64,000 nucleotides of DNA from an uncultured virus (IMG/VR IMGVR_UViG_3300031227_008032) (Duplodnaviria > Heunggongvirae > Uroviricota > Caudoviricetes), in IMG/VR virus record IMGVR_UViG_3300031227_008032; one strand, given 5' to 3'. Below are positions 40,769-48,696 of the stretch, piece after piece; position 1 is the first letter of the stretch; every line of letters starts with the position of its first letter. The translations under genes and the position numbers were made by a program. The notes beneath the pieces were generated by a model that saw nothing but the letters and a program-made list of their open reading frames with translations, had not been told where the DNA came from and searched no databases.

Positions 40769-41482
40769 ATGAATACAACCATAGACTACACAAATGAAGC
40801 TATATTCAATTATACTAAGGTAATTAATGAAAAACCTTATATTCTAAATACGTCAGTAGGTAACAAAGTTGTAATAATTCCTACAACAATAGAGCCTGTA
40901 TCAGCAGATACTTGGCAACACTCTTATTCAATTAACTTACCATCACACCCTCATCCTACCTCTCAATTTATGCTAAAAAAAGAAACATATGGAGCATTGA
41001 TATCCAAAAAAGAAATGTTAGACAATGGTAGTTTAAACAGATTTTTAATAGAGTTTATAGAAAGACTTAGCTGTGGAACAAACTCACTAAAAGCTATGTG
41101 GAAAAAAGAAGAAGGTCAAATCACTCCAATTAATTCAATAATGGCTTTTTCTCCACTTATACTTATTGGAAAACCAAAACATTATATAATAATACACAGC
41201 CCTTGGTCCATAGAATCTTTTGAAAATGAGATGATACAAATTAAAATAAGACTATCAACTACAAAAGGCTATAAACAAGATGGAAACATAGTAGAAAATA
41301 TGGTAGATACTATGAAACTAGAACCTTACTACAAAGAAGAAGATATGGAAAAAGGAATAACAAAGTATATAGCTATATATAAATCTATACCAAATATATC
41401 TTATCCAAAAAATTACCACGACTATGCTTATACCTCATACTTTAACACTACAGTTTATCCAATAACAGATGTACACATATAG
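40769..41482 (+). CDS. Hypothetical protein
   Basis: 237-aa ORF with phage-like codon usage; no recognisable motif. Confidence 0.55.
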   Translation: MNTTIDYTNEAIFNYTKVINEKPYILNTSVGNKVVIIPTTIEPVSADTWQHSYSINLPSHPHPTSQFMLKKETYGALISKKEMLDNGSLNRFLIEFIERLSCGTNSLKAMWKKEEGQITPINSIMAFSPLILIGKPKHYIIIHSPWSIESFENEMIQIKIRLSTTKGYKQDGNIVENMVDTMKLEPYYKEEDMEKGITKYIAIYKSIPNISYPKNYHDYAYTSYFNTTVYPITDVHI

Positions 41483-41607
41483 CATAAACTAGCTAATTTA
41501 AATATAGCAAAACAAAAGAAATTAAAACTAGACTATCTCAAAACCAAATAGTCTATAACTCTTATCTTAATCATAATCTAAAAAAGATTATAGAAAAAGA
41601 TAACATC

Positions 41608-41682
41608 GGTCAAATAGCTCAATGGTAGGGCGCTTCTTTTACATGGAAGAAATTGAGAGTTCGATTCTCTCTTTGACCACCA
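41608..41682 (+). tRNA. trnV: tRNA-Val(TAC)
   Basis: Acceptor GGTCAAA/TTTGACC, anticodon arm CTTCT-TTTACAT-GGAAG, T arm GAGAG-TTCGATT-CTCTC, A73, CCA. Confidence 0.9.
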
Positions 41683-41735
41683 CTTTTTTATAGTATAGTT
41701 ATAATACAGTTGTAAAACAAAGGAGATAAACCAAT

Positions 41736-42197
41736 ATGGAACTCGCATTTTCATTAGAAGGAAGCTTATGGTTACTTGGAATATTAGGAAGTATTGGTGG
41801 GCTAACCTGGATAGTAAAAAAATATATATTAAGCAGAATAGAAAACCTATCAAAATCAGTAGAACTATGGATAGATATACTTGGATGGGATAGTTTATTA
41901 GCAGCATATATCCAAGCACAAAAAGAGGTAACAGAGTATGACGCAGTAAGAGATAAGATATCATGCTACATTGTAATTATGGCTTCTAGATGGTTAAACC
42001 TAACCATACCAGAAAATACCATAAAATTAATTGTAGAACTTGTTATGACTCTTGGAGAATCAATAACTAATGTAACAACAGAGCACGATAGTACACGAGA
42101 ATTGACAGTAGCAGAAAGAGCCTCAACAAAACTAGTAATAGAAATAGAGCCAGTAATGCGCCAAGACATTGAAGAAATAGCAAAGATAATACACTAA
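41736..42197 (+). CDS. Membrane protein with one N-terminal TM helix, possible LL-H-type holin
   Basis: LWLLGILGSIGGLTWIV TM followed by a helical domain; AAGGAG RBS. Confidence 0.4.
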   Translation: MELAFSLEGSLWLLGILGSIGGLTWIVKKYILSRIENLSKSVELWIDILGWDSLLAAYIQAQKEVTEYDAVRDKISCYIVIMASRWLNLTIPENTIKLIVELVMTLGESITNVTTEHDSTRELTVAERASTKLVIEIEPVMRQDIEEIAKIIH

Positions 42198-42385
42198 TGC
42201 TAACCACTACAGCAAACAATAACTCTAACTCTACAACAATAGAAGAAACTATCTATAGTCCATTTGCTTATAAGAAAGTTACTCTACATGTAACTCCAGA
42301 AGAAAGATGTCCACATTGTAATAAAATATTAGTTGAACGAAAAATAGACATACCAACTACAATAACAATCAAAGGACATTATTAA
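42197..42385 (+). CDS. Small hypothetical protein with CxxC
   Basis: CPHC motif; start and stop overlap with both neighbours (TAATG). Confidence 0.5.
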   Translation: MLTTTANNNSNSTTIEETIYSPFAYKKVTLHVTPEERCPHCNKILVERKIDIPTTITIKGHY

Positions 42386-43023
42386 TGAAAATATATCTTG
42401 ATACAGCAAATACAGAAGAAATAAAAAAAGGTATGGCGTTTGGATGTATAAGTGGTATTACTACAAACCCTTCAATAATATCTCACGAGAACAAAAGTCT
42501 TACTCAGTGTATCTATGACATAGTTGCTATAGATCCAAATCTAACTATACTAGTTGAGGCTGTTTCTGAAGATCTTATACAAGAAGCTAAAGATCTTACT
42601 AGCCTTGCACAAAACATAGTAGTAAAACTTCCTATGACATCAAACGGACTTGCCGCATGTAAGATACTATCTTCTGAAGGAATACGTGTTACTCTAACGC
42701 TAGTATTTAGTCTAAACCAAGCAATACTAGCAAGTATTGTAGGTGCAGAATTTGTAGCTCCTTTTGTCGGTAGACTAGATGATATTAATTCAAACGGTCT
42801 AGAGCTCGTAAAATCAATAAAAAATACATTCACTACTCAAAACGTAGATACAAAAATTATTGCAGCATCAATTAGAACACCCCAACCCATAGCAGATTTA
42901 TTTGCATGTGGTTGTGATATTGTAACAATGCCATATAAAATGCTTGAATTAATGCCTAAGCATCCACTAACCGATACTGGACTAAATATATTTGCTGAAG
43001 CTCAAAAGCTTTACACAAATTAA
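42385..43023 (+). CDS. tal: Transaldolase (TalC/FSA small family)
   Basis: KIYLDTAN, GITTNPS, VVKLP (Schiff-base Lys), VAPFVGRLDD, IIAASIR, HPLTD.GL..F. Confidence 0.95.
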   Translation: MKIYLDTANTEEIKKGMAFGCISGITTNPSIISHENKSLTQCIYDIVAIDPNLTILVEAVSEDLIQEAKDLTSLAQNIVVKLPMTSNGLAACKILSSEGIRVTLTLVFSLNQAILASIVGAEFVAPFVGRLDDINSNGLELVKSIKNTFTTQNVDTKIIAASIRTPQPIADLFACGCDIVTMPYKMLELMPKHPLTDTGLNIFAEAQKLYTN

Positions 43024-43040
43024 ACATGGAGGATATACAA

Positions 43041-44027
43041 ATGTCACACAAAGGTGATATAATTGTAACAGGAGGATCTGGATTTATAGGATCTCATCTA
43101 TGTGAAAAATTATTAGATGATGGATATAAAGTTACAAACATAGATACACTTATAACAGGAAGCAAAGAGAATACAAAACACTTAGAGTCAAACAAAAATT
43201 ATACATTTATAAATGACCAAATAACAAAAAAACTACTTACTGGTTTAAATATAAAAACTCTTATTGGAGTGCTTCACTTGGCTTCACCAGCAAGCCCAGT
43301 TGGATATGAAACCTATCCAATACAAACTCTTCACGCAAATTCTATATGTACGTTAGAAATATTACATTATTTATTAGATAGAAAACTAAAAAATGATAAG
43401 GACAATTCAAGGTTTTTATTAACATCCACATCTGAAATATATGGAAATCCATTACAACATCCACAAGATGAAACATACTTTGGTAACATAAATCCAATTG
43501 GGCCACGAAGCCAATACTCAGAAGCCAAACGATTTGCAGAAGCAGCAACAGTAACATTCTTAAGAACAGTAGGACTTAATACAGCAATAGCAAGGCTGTT
43601 TAACACCTATGGCCCAAGGATGAAAGCAAACGATGGTAGAGTACTGCCAAACTTTATAAATCAAATATTAGAAGACAAGCCTCTAACAATACATGGAGAT
43701 GGGCTACAAACCAGAAGCTTTTGTTATGTAGATGACACAGTAAAAGGAATATATAAACTATTCTTTTCTAATATACATGAGCCAATAAACATAGGAAATC
43801 CAAACGAAGTATTATCAATAAGAGAAATTGCCACTAGAATAATAAGCCTAATGGGTAAAGGAGAGATAAACCATATAAAAGAAAAACCAGAAGATCCAAC
43901 AAGAAGATGCCCAAAAATAGCACGAGCAATTAAACTATTAGATTGGAAACCAGAAATAACTATGGCAGAAGGGCTCTTTAATACAATACAATACTTTACA
44001 AATAAGAAGATATATAGTATAATATAA
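43041..44027 (+). CDS. uxs: UDP-glucuronate decarboxylase (UDP-xylose synthase)-like SDR
   Basis: VTGGSGFIGSHL, HLASPASP, LTSTSEIYG.P..HPQ.E.YFGN.NPIGPRS.Y.EAKR, FNTYGPRM...DGRV..NFI.Q, QTRSFCYVDD. GGAGG RBS favours ATG 43041. Confidence 0.9.
   Translation: MSHKGDIIVTGGSGFIGSHLCEKLLDDGYKVTNIDTLITGSKENTKHLESNKNYTFINDQITKKLLTGLNIKTLIGVLHLASPASPVGYETYPIQTLHANSICTLEILHYLLDRKLKNDKDNSRFLLTSTSEIYGNPLQHPQDETYFGNINPIGPRSQYSEAKRFAEAATVTFLRTVGLNTAIARLFNTYGPRMKANDGRVLPNFINQILEDKPLTIHGDGLQTRSFCYVDDTVKGIYKLFFSNIHEPINIGNPNEVLSIREIATRIISLMGKGEINHIKEKPEDPTRRCPKIARAIKLLDWKPEITMAEGLFNTIQYFTNKKIYSII
43995..44023 (+). promoter_or_regulatory. Sigma70-type promoter
   Basis: TTTACA-17 nt-TATAAT at the end of the uxs-like gene. 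Confidence 0.55.
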
Positions 44028-44045
44028 GCAGAATGAGGAAAGATT

Positions 44046-44267
44046 GTGAGTAGAACATACAGAAAACCTCCAACAAAAGTAAGAAATAAAGGATGTGGGT
44101 TATGGTGTTGGTATTGTAATCGTGAATTCTTACAAGGAAAACACGTAAGAGGACACGCTCAAAGCACAAGAGATAAAAAACTAACTACAGCCACTATCGC
44201 AGATAAGCAATATGCAGAATTACTTCCATTATATACACTACTTGATGAGCAAGAAATATACAAATAA
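44046..44267 (+). CDS. Small basic protein with Cys cluster
   Basis: MSRTYRK...GCGLWCWYC; GTG start after GAGG. Confidence 0.6.
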   Translation: MSRTYRKPPTKVRNKGCGLWCWYCNREFLQGKHVRGHAQSTRDKKLTTATIADKQYAELLPLYTLLDEQEIYK

Positions 44268-44268
44268 A

Positions 44269-44460
44269 ATGAGCAACTCAACACTAAAGCCTACTAAAAA
44301 ATGGACTATATTAGCAAAGAAAGTAGCAGCTTGGACAGAAAGTAAAGAAGGACAAGAAGCAATGCTACGCGCAGTTGCGCAAGCAAAAGAACACATAGCT
44401 GAACTAAAAAAAGCTCAACAAATAAATCCAGCAGAAATGCATATACATTTTACAATATAG
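44269..44460 (+). CDS. Small helical hypothetical protein
   Basis: ATG 44269 directly follows the previous stop. Confidence 0.5.
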   Translation: MSNSTLKPTKKWTILAKKVAAWTESKEGQEAMLRAVAQAKEHIAELKKAQQINPAEMHIHFTI

Positions 44461-44474
44461 GTAGATAATATATA

Positions 44475-44726
44475 ATGAGTAGATCAAGAAAGAAACGGCC
44501 ATTTTGCGGAATAACATGCAGTGACAGTGAAAAGTGGGATAAACGAATAGCAAATAGAAAACTTAGAAGAATAAACAAAGAGCGTATACGCAAAGCAGTC
44601 GATCCAGATGATATTCTTCCACTTAAAAAAAGAGATGTTAGTGAAATCTGGGTATTTGCTAAAGATGGAAAACACTATGTTAAACCAGAAGACATTAAAC
44701 GCTTTCCTGACATCATGAGGAAATAG
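44475..44726 (+). CDS. Small basic protein of the MSRS.KK.P...SEK.DK..ANR..RR type
   Basis: MSRSRKKRPFCGITCSDSEKWDKRIANRKLRR...W.F.KDGK.Y. Confidence 0.7.
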   Translation: MSRSRKKRPFCGITCSDSEKWDKRIANRKLRRINKERIRKAVDPDDILPLKKRDVSEIWVFAKDGKHYVKPEDIKRFPDIMRK

Positions 44727-44728
44727 AC

Positions 44729-44757
44729 TTGACATCTCTATAATACAATGGTATATT
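44729..44757 (+). promoter_or_regulatory. Sigma70-type promoter for tRNA-Ala
   Basis: TTGACA-17 nt-TATATT with TGn extension, ending 12 nt before the tRNA. Confidence 0.75.
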
Positions 44758-44769
44758 GATAATAGAAAT

Positions 44770-44844
44770 GGGGGCGTAGTTCAATTGGGAGAACGTTTGC
44801 TTTGCACGCATGAAAAAAGAGTTCGAGTCTCTTCGCTTCCACCA
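44770..44844 (+). tRNA. trnA: tRNA-Ala(TGC)
   Basis: Acceptor GGGGGCG/CGCTTCC with G3:U70, loop TTTGCAC, T arm AAGAG-TTCGAGT-CTCTT, ACCA. One mismatch in the anticodon stem. Confidence 0.88.
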
Positions 44845-44877
44845 AACATTATAGAAAGAAAAGGATAGATTGTTTAA

Positions 44878-45516
44878 ATGACTGTAATTGTAGGATTAGT
44901 AGAAAATAATATAATATACGTAGGAGGAGATAGAGCATCAACAGGAAGCAAACAAATGATAAAAGCAAATCCAAAAGTATTTGCTAATGGGCTTTTTCTA
45001 TTTGGTCCTGTAGGTTCTTGTAGAGCAGCACAAGTATTAAAATACAGATTTAAGCCGCCAAAACAAAAAGAAGAAGAATCTGATATTGCTTATATGACAA
45101 CAACTTTTATAGATGCTATAAGAAAGTGCTTCAAAGAAGCTGGTTGTGTAGTTATAGACAATACTAAAGAAACAGGACATGCATTTGTAATTGGTTACAA
45201 AAATAAACTATATACAGTCTATAGTGATTATCAAGTTACAGAAAGCCTCATACCTTATGTTGCATTAGGTAGTGGAGAATCTTACGCTTTAGGAAGTATG
45301 TTTTCTACAGAAGGAATGGAACCAAAAGCTAGAATAACTTTAGCTTTAGAAGCAGCAGCATATAGTGATGCTTTTTGTGCTCCACCATTTGATATAGAAA
45401 CTCTATACACAAATGATAAAGGTAATAAAGCAACACCTCCTAAACCTGGTAGAAATGAGCTATGTACTTGTGGCTCTGGAAAAAAATATAAAAATTGCTG
45501 TCTAGATAAGGTATAA
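44878..45516 (+). CDS. HslV/proteasome-type Ntn threonine peptidase with C-terminal SEC-C motif
   Basis: M-T-VIVG (Thr1 nucleophile), GGD, PKVF, ALGSG..YALG; ends GRNELCTCGSGKKYKNCC. Confidence 0.85.
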   Translation: MTVIVGLVENNIIYVGGDRASTGSKQMIKANPKVFANGLFLFGPVGSCRAAQVLKYRFKPPKQKEEESDIAYMTTTFIDAIRKCFKEAGCVVIDNTKETGHAFVIGYKNKLYTVYSDYQVTESLIPYVALGSGESYALGSMFSTEGMEPKARITLALEAAAYSDAFCAPPFDIETLYTNDKGNKATPPKPGRNELCTCGSGKKYKNCCLDKV

Positions 45517-45517
45517 T

Positions 45518-45593
45518 ACTCCCTTAGCTTAGCGGAAAAAGCCACTGTTTTCTAAACAGTAGATCGCCTGTTCGAATCAGGCAGGGAGTACCA
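45518..45593 (+). tRNA. trnR: tRNA-Arg(TCT)
   Basis: Acceptor ACTCCCT/AGGGAGT, anticodon arm ACTGT-TTTCTAA-ACAGT, T arm GCCTG-TTCGAAT-CAGGC, CCA. Confidence 0.92.
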
Positions 45594-45623
45594 ACAAACA
45601 AAATAAGGATATAAACTAAGTCT

Positions 45624-46061
45624 ATGAAAAAAGAAACCATTCCTTCTAATACAGAAGTAACAAAAAGAATAAAAGAAACACTATCACAACTAGATAGTAT
45701 AGTAGTAAACTCAAAACTAGAAACAATCAATAAAATTAAAAAAACACTACTACCTATGGAAAAGATTATAGTTTATGTATCAGAACAAATAAGAGAACAA
45801 TATGATAGGCTAATTCCATTATTAAATAATCCAGATACAATAGAACCACACACAAATTGTGTTTATGAAAAAGTAGCAACAAGTATAGCAGCAAAAATAG
45901 TATTACTAAAACTTGCTATAACTAAAAACATACAAGACAACACTACCAAACAAGAAGACCAAAAAAGGTCTTCTAAGCAAAAGGATAAAGGAAAGAAAAC
46001 AACACCAAATGCAAGAACAAAATCAACAACAATCAGAAACAAACCCAAGAGGACTATCTAG
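45624..46061 (+). CDS. Hypothetical protein with basic C-terminal tail
   Basis: 145-aa ORF; AAGGA RBS. Confidence 0.5.
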   Translation: MKKETIPSNTEVTKRIKETLSQLDSIVVNSKLETINKIKKTLLPMEKIIVYVSEQIREQYDRLIPLLNNPDTIEPHTNCVYEKVATSIAAKIVLLKLAITKNIQDNTTKQEDQKRSSKQKDKGKKTTPNARTKSTTIRNKPKRTI

Positions 46062-46194
46062 ACCACGAGATGGAAGAGGACGTGGAATTGGAAGACCAGG
46101 AGGAAGACGACTAGGTAGAAATACCAAAGCATGTCCAGTTGGAGGACCAGGATATGGAAGAGGAAACGGAAGAGGCTTAGGACAAAATAGATAA
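46009..46194 (+). CDS. Gly/Arg-rich small protein (DUF5320-like)
   Basis: PRDGRGRGIGRPGGRRLGRN...CPVGGPGYGRGNGRGLG. Confidence 0.5.
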   Translation: MQEQNQQQSETNPRGLSRPRDGRGRGIGRPGGRRLGRNTKACPVGGPGYGRGNGRGLGQNR

Positions 46195-46229
46195 ACTATA
46201 ATGTTTCTATGGGAGGACACTATATTAAC

Positions 46230-47024
46230 ATGAGTAAATGCATCAAAGATGAACATCTAGCACAAGATGAAACAGAAACAGAAACCGGAGTAGGGTTGAA
46301 GTATGATAATCAAAAATTGCGATACGATTTACTACCACCACATGCCTTAGAAGCTCTAGTATCTGTATATACATTCGGAGCACAAAAATATGAATCTAAT
46401 AATTATAGATTGGGCATTAACTGGTCCCGCGTTTATGCTGCAGTTATGCGTCACCTAGAAGCATGGCGGCGTGGTGAAGACATAGACTCCGAAAGTGGAC
46501 TTCAACATCTAGCCCATGCCACATGGGGATTATTTACCCTTATGGAATATAACAACATTGCAAGCTACTTAGATGATAGACCTTATACTTGGGGTGAAGA
46601 ATATCGTAAATGGCCTGACTTTCCGGCATATGAATTCTCCAATTATGGAAATATTCGCAAAGAATACACCGAAGCTACTAAAAAACGACATGGAAAGCAA
46701 TACAAGCCTATTGCCCTCAGTGACAATGGACGAAAATACAAGTTTGTAGCTCTTTGGAAAAATGGTGTTAGACAAAAGACTTTGTATGTTCACATAGCAG
46801 TAGCAACCCTATTTATACGTCCACCTGATGATGATTACAAAGAATGGGTTAATCATCGAGATGGAAACCCAGAGAACAACAATGCATGTAATCTTGAGTG
46901 GGTAACACCTAGTGGCAACCTTCAAGATGCATATCGTCGTGGTACCAGAAAGCGGGTCAAACCTAGAAAAGTAACTCACAATATTGACACAGATAGTCCT
47001 TCACCTTCAATAAAACTTGAATAG
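46230..47024 (+). CDS. dATP/dGTP diphosphohydrolase (DUF5664-type) domain fused to NUMOD4-HNH endonuclease
   Basis: N-half: G.KYD..KLRYDLLP...V.TFGA.KY..NN...A..RHL.AW..GED.D.ESGL.HLAHA. C-half: EEYR....F..YE.SN.G.IR...VH.AVA..FI...VNH.DGN..NN...NLEWVT.S.N. Confidence 0.88.
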   Translation: MSKCIKDEHLAQDETETETGVGLKYDNQKLRYDLLPPHALEALVSVYTFGAQKYESNNYRLGINWSRVYAAVMRHLEAWRRGEDIDSESGLQHLAHATWGLFTLMEYNNIASYLDDRPYTWGEEYRKWPDFPAYEFSNYGNIRKEYTEATKKRHGKQYKPIALSDNGRKYKFVALWKNGVRQKTLYVHIAVATLFIRPPDDDYKEWVNHRDGNPENNNACNLEWVTPSGNLQDAYRRGTRKRVKPRKVTHNIDTDSPSPSIKLE

Positions 47025-47036
47025 ATTAACACTAAT

Positions 47037-47111
47037 CCCTTCATAGTTCATTGGCTAAAACATCGGACTGTCAATTAAGAGAGAAGAGTTCAATTCTCTT
47101 TGGAGGGACCA
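47037..47111 (+). tRNA. Degenerate tRNA-Asp(GTC), possible pseudo-tRNA
   Basis: Acceptor CCCTTCA/TGGAGGG, T arm AAGAG-TTCAATT-CTCTT and CCA are intact, loop CTGTCAA. The anticodon stem TCGGA/TTAAG is poorly paired and the discriminator is A. Confidence 0.65.
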
Positions 47112-47119
47112 ATAACAAA

Positions 47120-47195
47120 GCAGGCATAATTCAATTGGAAGAATACTTGCCTTCCAAGCAAGAAGTTGCGAGTTCGAACCTCGCTGCCTGCTCCA
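47120..47195 (+). tRNA. trnG: tRNA-Gly(TCC)
   Basis: Acceptor GCAGGCA/TGCCTGC, arm CTTGC-CTTCCAA-GCAAG, U73, CCA. Confidence 0.95.
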
Positions 47196-47204
47196 AAACT
47201 TATA

Positions 47205-47954
47205 ATGAAAAGAAGAAACAACTCACTAAGAAATACAAATCCATATTTAAACAAACTAAGTGACAATGAGCTACATGCTCTATGTAAAAAACAAGTAGAA
47301 GATTCTTCAGCATTTGAGCACTGGGCAGATTCTTTAATTAAAGAGAGGACAACACACAAGAAAATGACAGTACTAACAGATGACAATCTAAATGAACTAC
47401 TTCCTGATTCAGAACAAACAAGCACTACAGACTGGTGGGAAGATAGTAACTTTAGTGATGTATGTATAGCAAAACCTACAGATAAGCAAACTTGGGATGC
47501 TTTCTTCATGGATATGGCATGGCAAATAAGTAAAAGAAGTAAATGTGCTTCTAGACAAATAGGAGCAGTACTAACAAGAGATAAACAAGTATTATCTATT
47601 GGATACAATGGAGCACCAGCTGGTAGCAAGCTATGTCAAACAAATAAATATTGTCCAAGAAAGACACTAGGATTACAAAGTGGAAAAAACCTAGAACTAT
47701 GTCCAGCAGTCCATGCAGAAGCAAATACAATAATAAACGCAGCAAAGAATGGGATATCTACAAATAATTCTACACTATATTGTTACTGTACTACACCATG
47801 TAAAAACTGTATAGGAACACTAATCAACGCAGGAATTAAAAGAATAGTTTGTTTAGAAGGAACAAGATATGATTCCCTTGGTGAATATCTATTAGAAAAT
47901 TCAGATATAGCTCTTACAAAAGTAACATTAGCAAAAATCAAAGAAATTACCTAA
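47205..47954 (+). CDS. dCMP deaminase
   Basis: WD.FFM..A...S.RS.C..RQIGAV...GYNG.P.G, VHAEANTI, PCKNC...INAGI..IV. The start is 47205 or 47364; the track start at 47166 lies inside tRNA-Gly. Confidence 0.92.
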   Translation: MKRRNNSLRNTNPYLNKLSDNELHALCKKQVEDSSAFEHWADSLIKERTTHKKMTVLTDDNLNELLPDSEQTSTTDWWEDSNFSDVCIAKPTDKQTWDAFFMDMAWQISKRSKCASRQIGAVLTRDKQVLSIGYNGAPAGSKLCQTNKYCPRKTLGLQSGKNLELCPAVHAEANTIINAAKNGISTNNSTLYCYCTTPCKNCIGTLINAGIKRIVCLEGTRYDSLGEYLLENSDIALTKVTLAKIKEIT

Positions 47955-47978
47955 ATATACTATAAATATTTACACAAA

Positions 47979-47989
47979 TGTGCTATAAT
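47979..47989 (+). promoter_or_regulatory. Extended -10 promoter element
   Basis: TGTGCTATAAT in the intergenic gap, followed by a GGAGG RBS. Confidence 0.55.
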
Positions 47990-48021
47990 GTATATGTAAT
48001 GGAGGATATACATATTACTAT

Positions 48022-48687
48022 ATGCTAAGACCAAACGATATAGAAACCAAAATATTAAAGGTATTTTTTAGTACAGCTGGAGTTCACTTAGGGCTTTACA
48101 ACAGAGGAACAAAAGAAATAAATAAGACACACGCTCTGTTTGAAGTAAATCTAAAATCCTTAAGAACGCTAATGGCTAAAGGAATAGATACCACTAAACT
48201 AGAAAGTAGATGTAGAGAATGCTTAAACAATAAAGTAAAACATTCAAACATCTACAATGTAGCACCAGACTTATTAGATACCGCTAATACAAAAAGTCTA
48301 ACCAGAGAGTTACTATCTAAATACACTCCTAAGATACATAGAGCACTAAAGCACACACAACTACCTATAATGCTACAAAATGAGGATGGTAGTGAAACAC
48401 CAATAGGAGATTTAAAAACACCAACAATATCAGAAAAAACTTCATTTACTTTAGAGAATCTTATAGCTTGGTTTTGTAAGGCATCAAAGATACCATATAC
48501 ACAAAAGTATGCTAAAGGATCCTCTGGAGCATTTAATTTTATGTTAAGTAAGTATGATCTAAACACTCTGCTATTTGCTATAGATATAGCATTTAACGAA
48601 TATGAAACAAGAATATCTAATCCACTAGGGCTAGAACGCTTTATACAAGAAGCTGAAGATGAAGTATCTAAACGAAAGGCTAGGTAG
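48022..48687 (+). CDS. Hypothetical protein upstream of the helicase (possible replication accessory)
   Basis: 221 aa; GGAGG RBS; in frame with the helicase across a single TAG. Confidence 0.6.
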   Translation: MLRPNDIETKILKVFFSTAGVHLGLYNRGTKEINKTHALFEVNLKSLRTLMAKGIDTTKLESRCRECLNNKVKHSNIYNVAPDLLDTANTKSLTRELLSKYTPKIHRALKHTQLPIMLQNEDGSETPIGDLKTPTISEKTSFTLENLIAWFCKASKIPYTQKYAKGSSGAFNFMLSKYDLNTLLFAIDIAFNEYETRISNPLGLERFIQEAEDEVSKRKAR

Positions 48688-48696
48688 TTATTAGTA

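Noticed and set aside
45518..45593. Amber suppressor tRNA (CTA inside the loop TTTCTAA)
   Set aside because: The perfect 5-bp stem ACTGT/ACAGT fixes a 7-nt loop with anticodon TCT (Arg).
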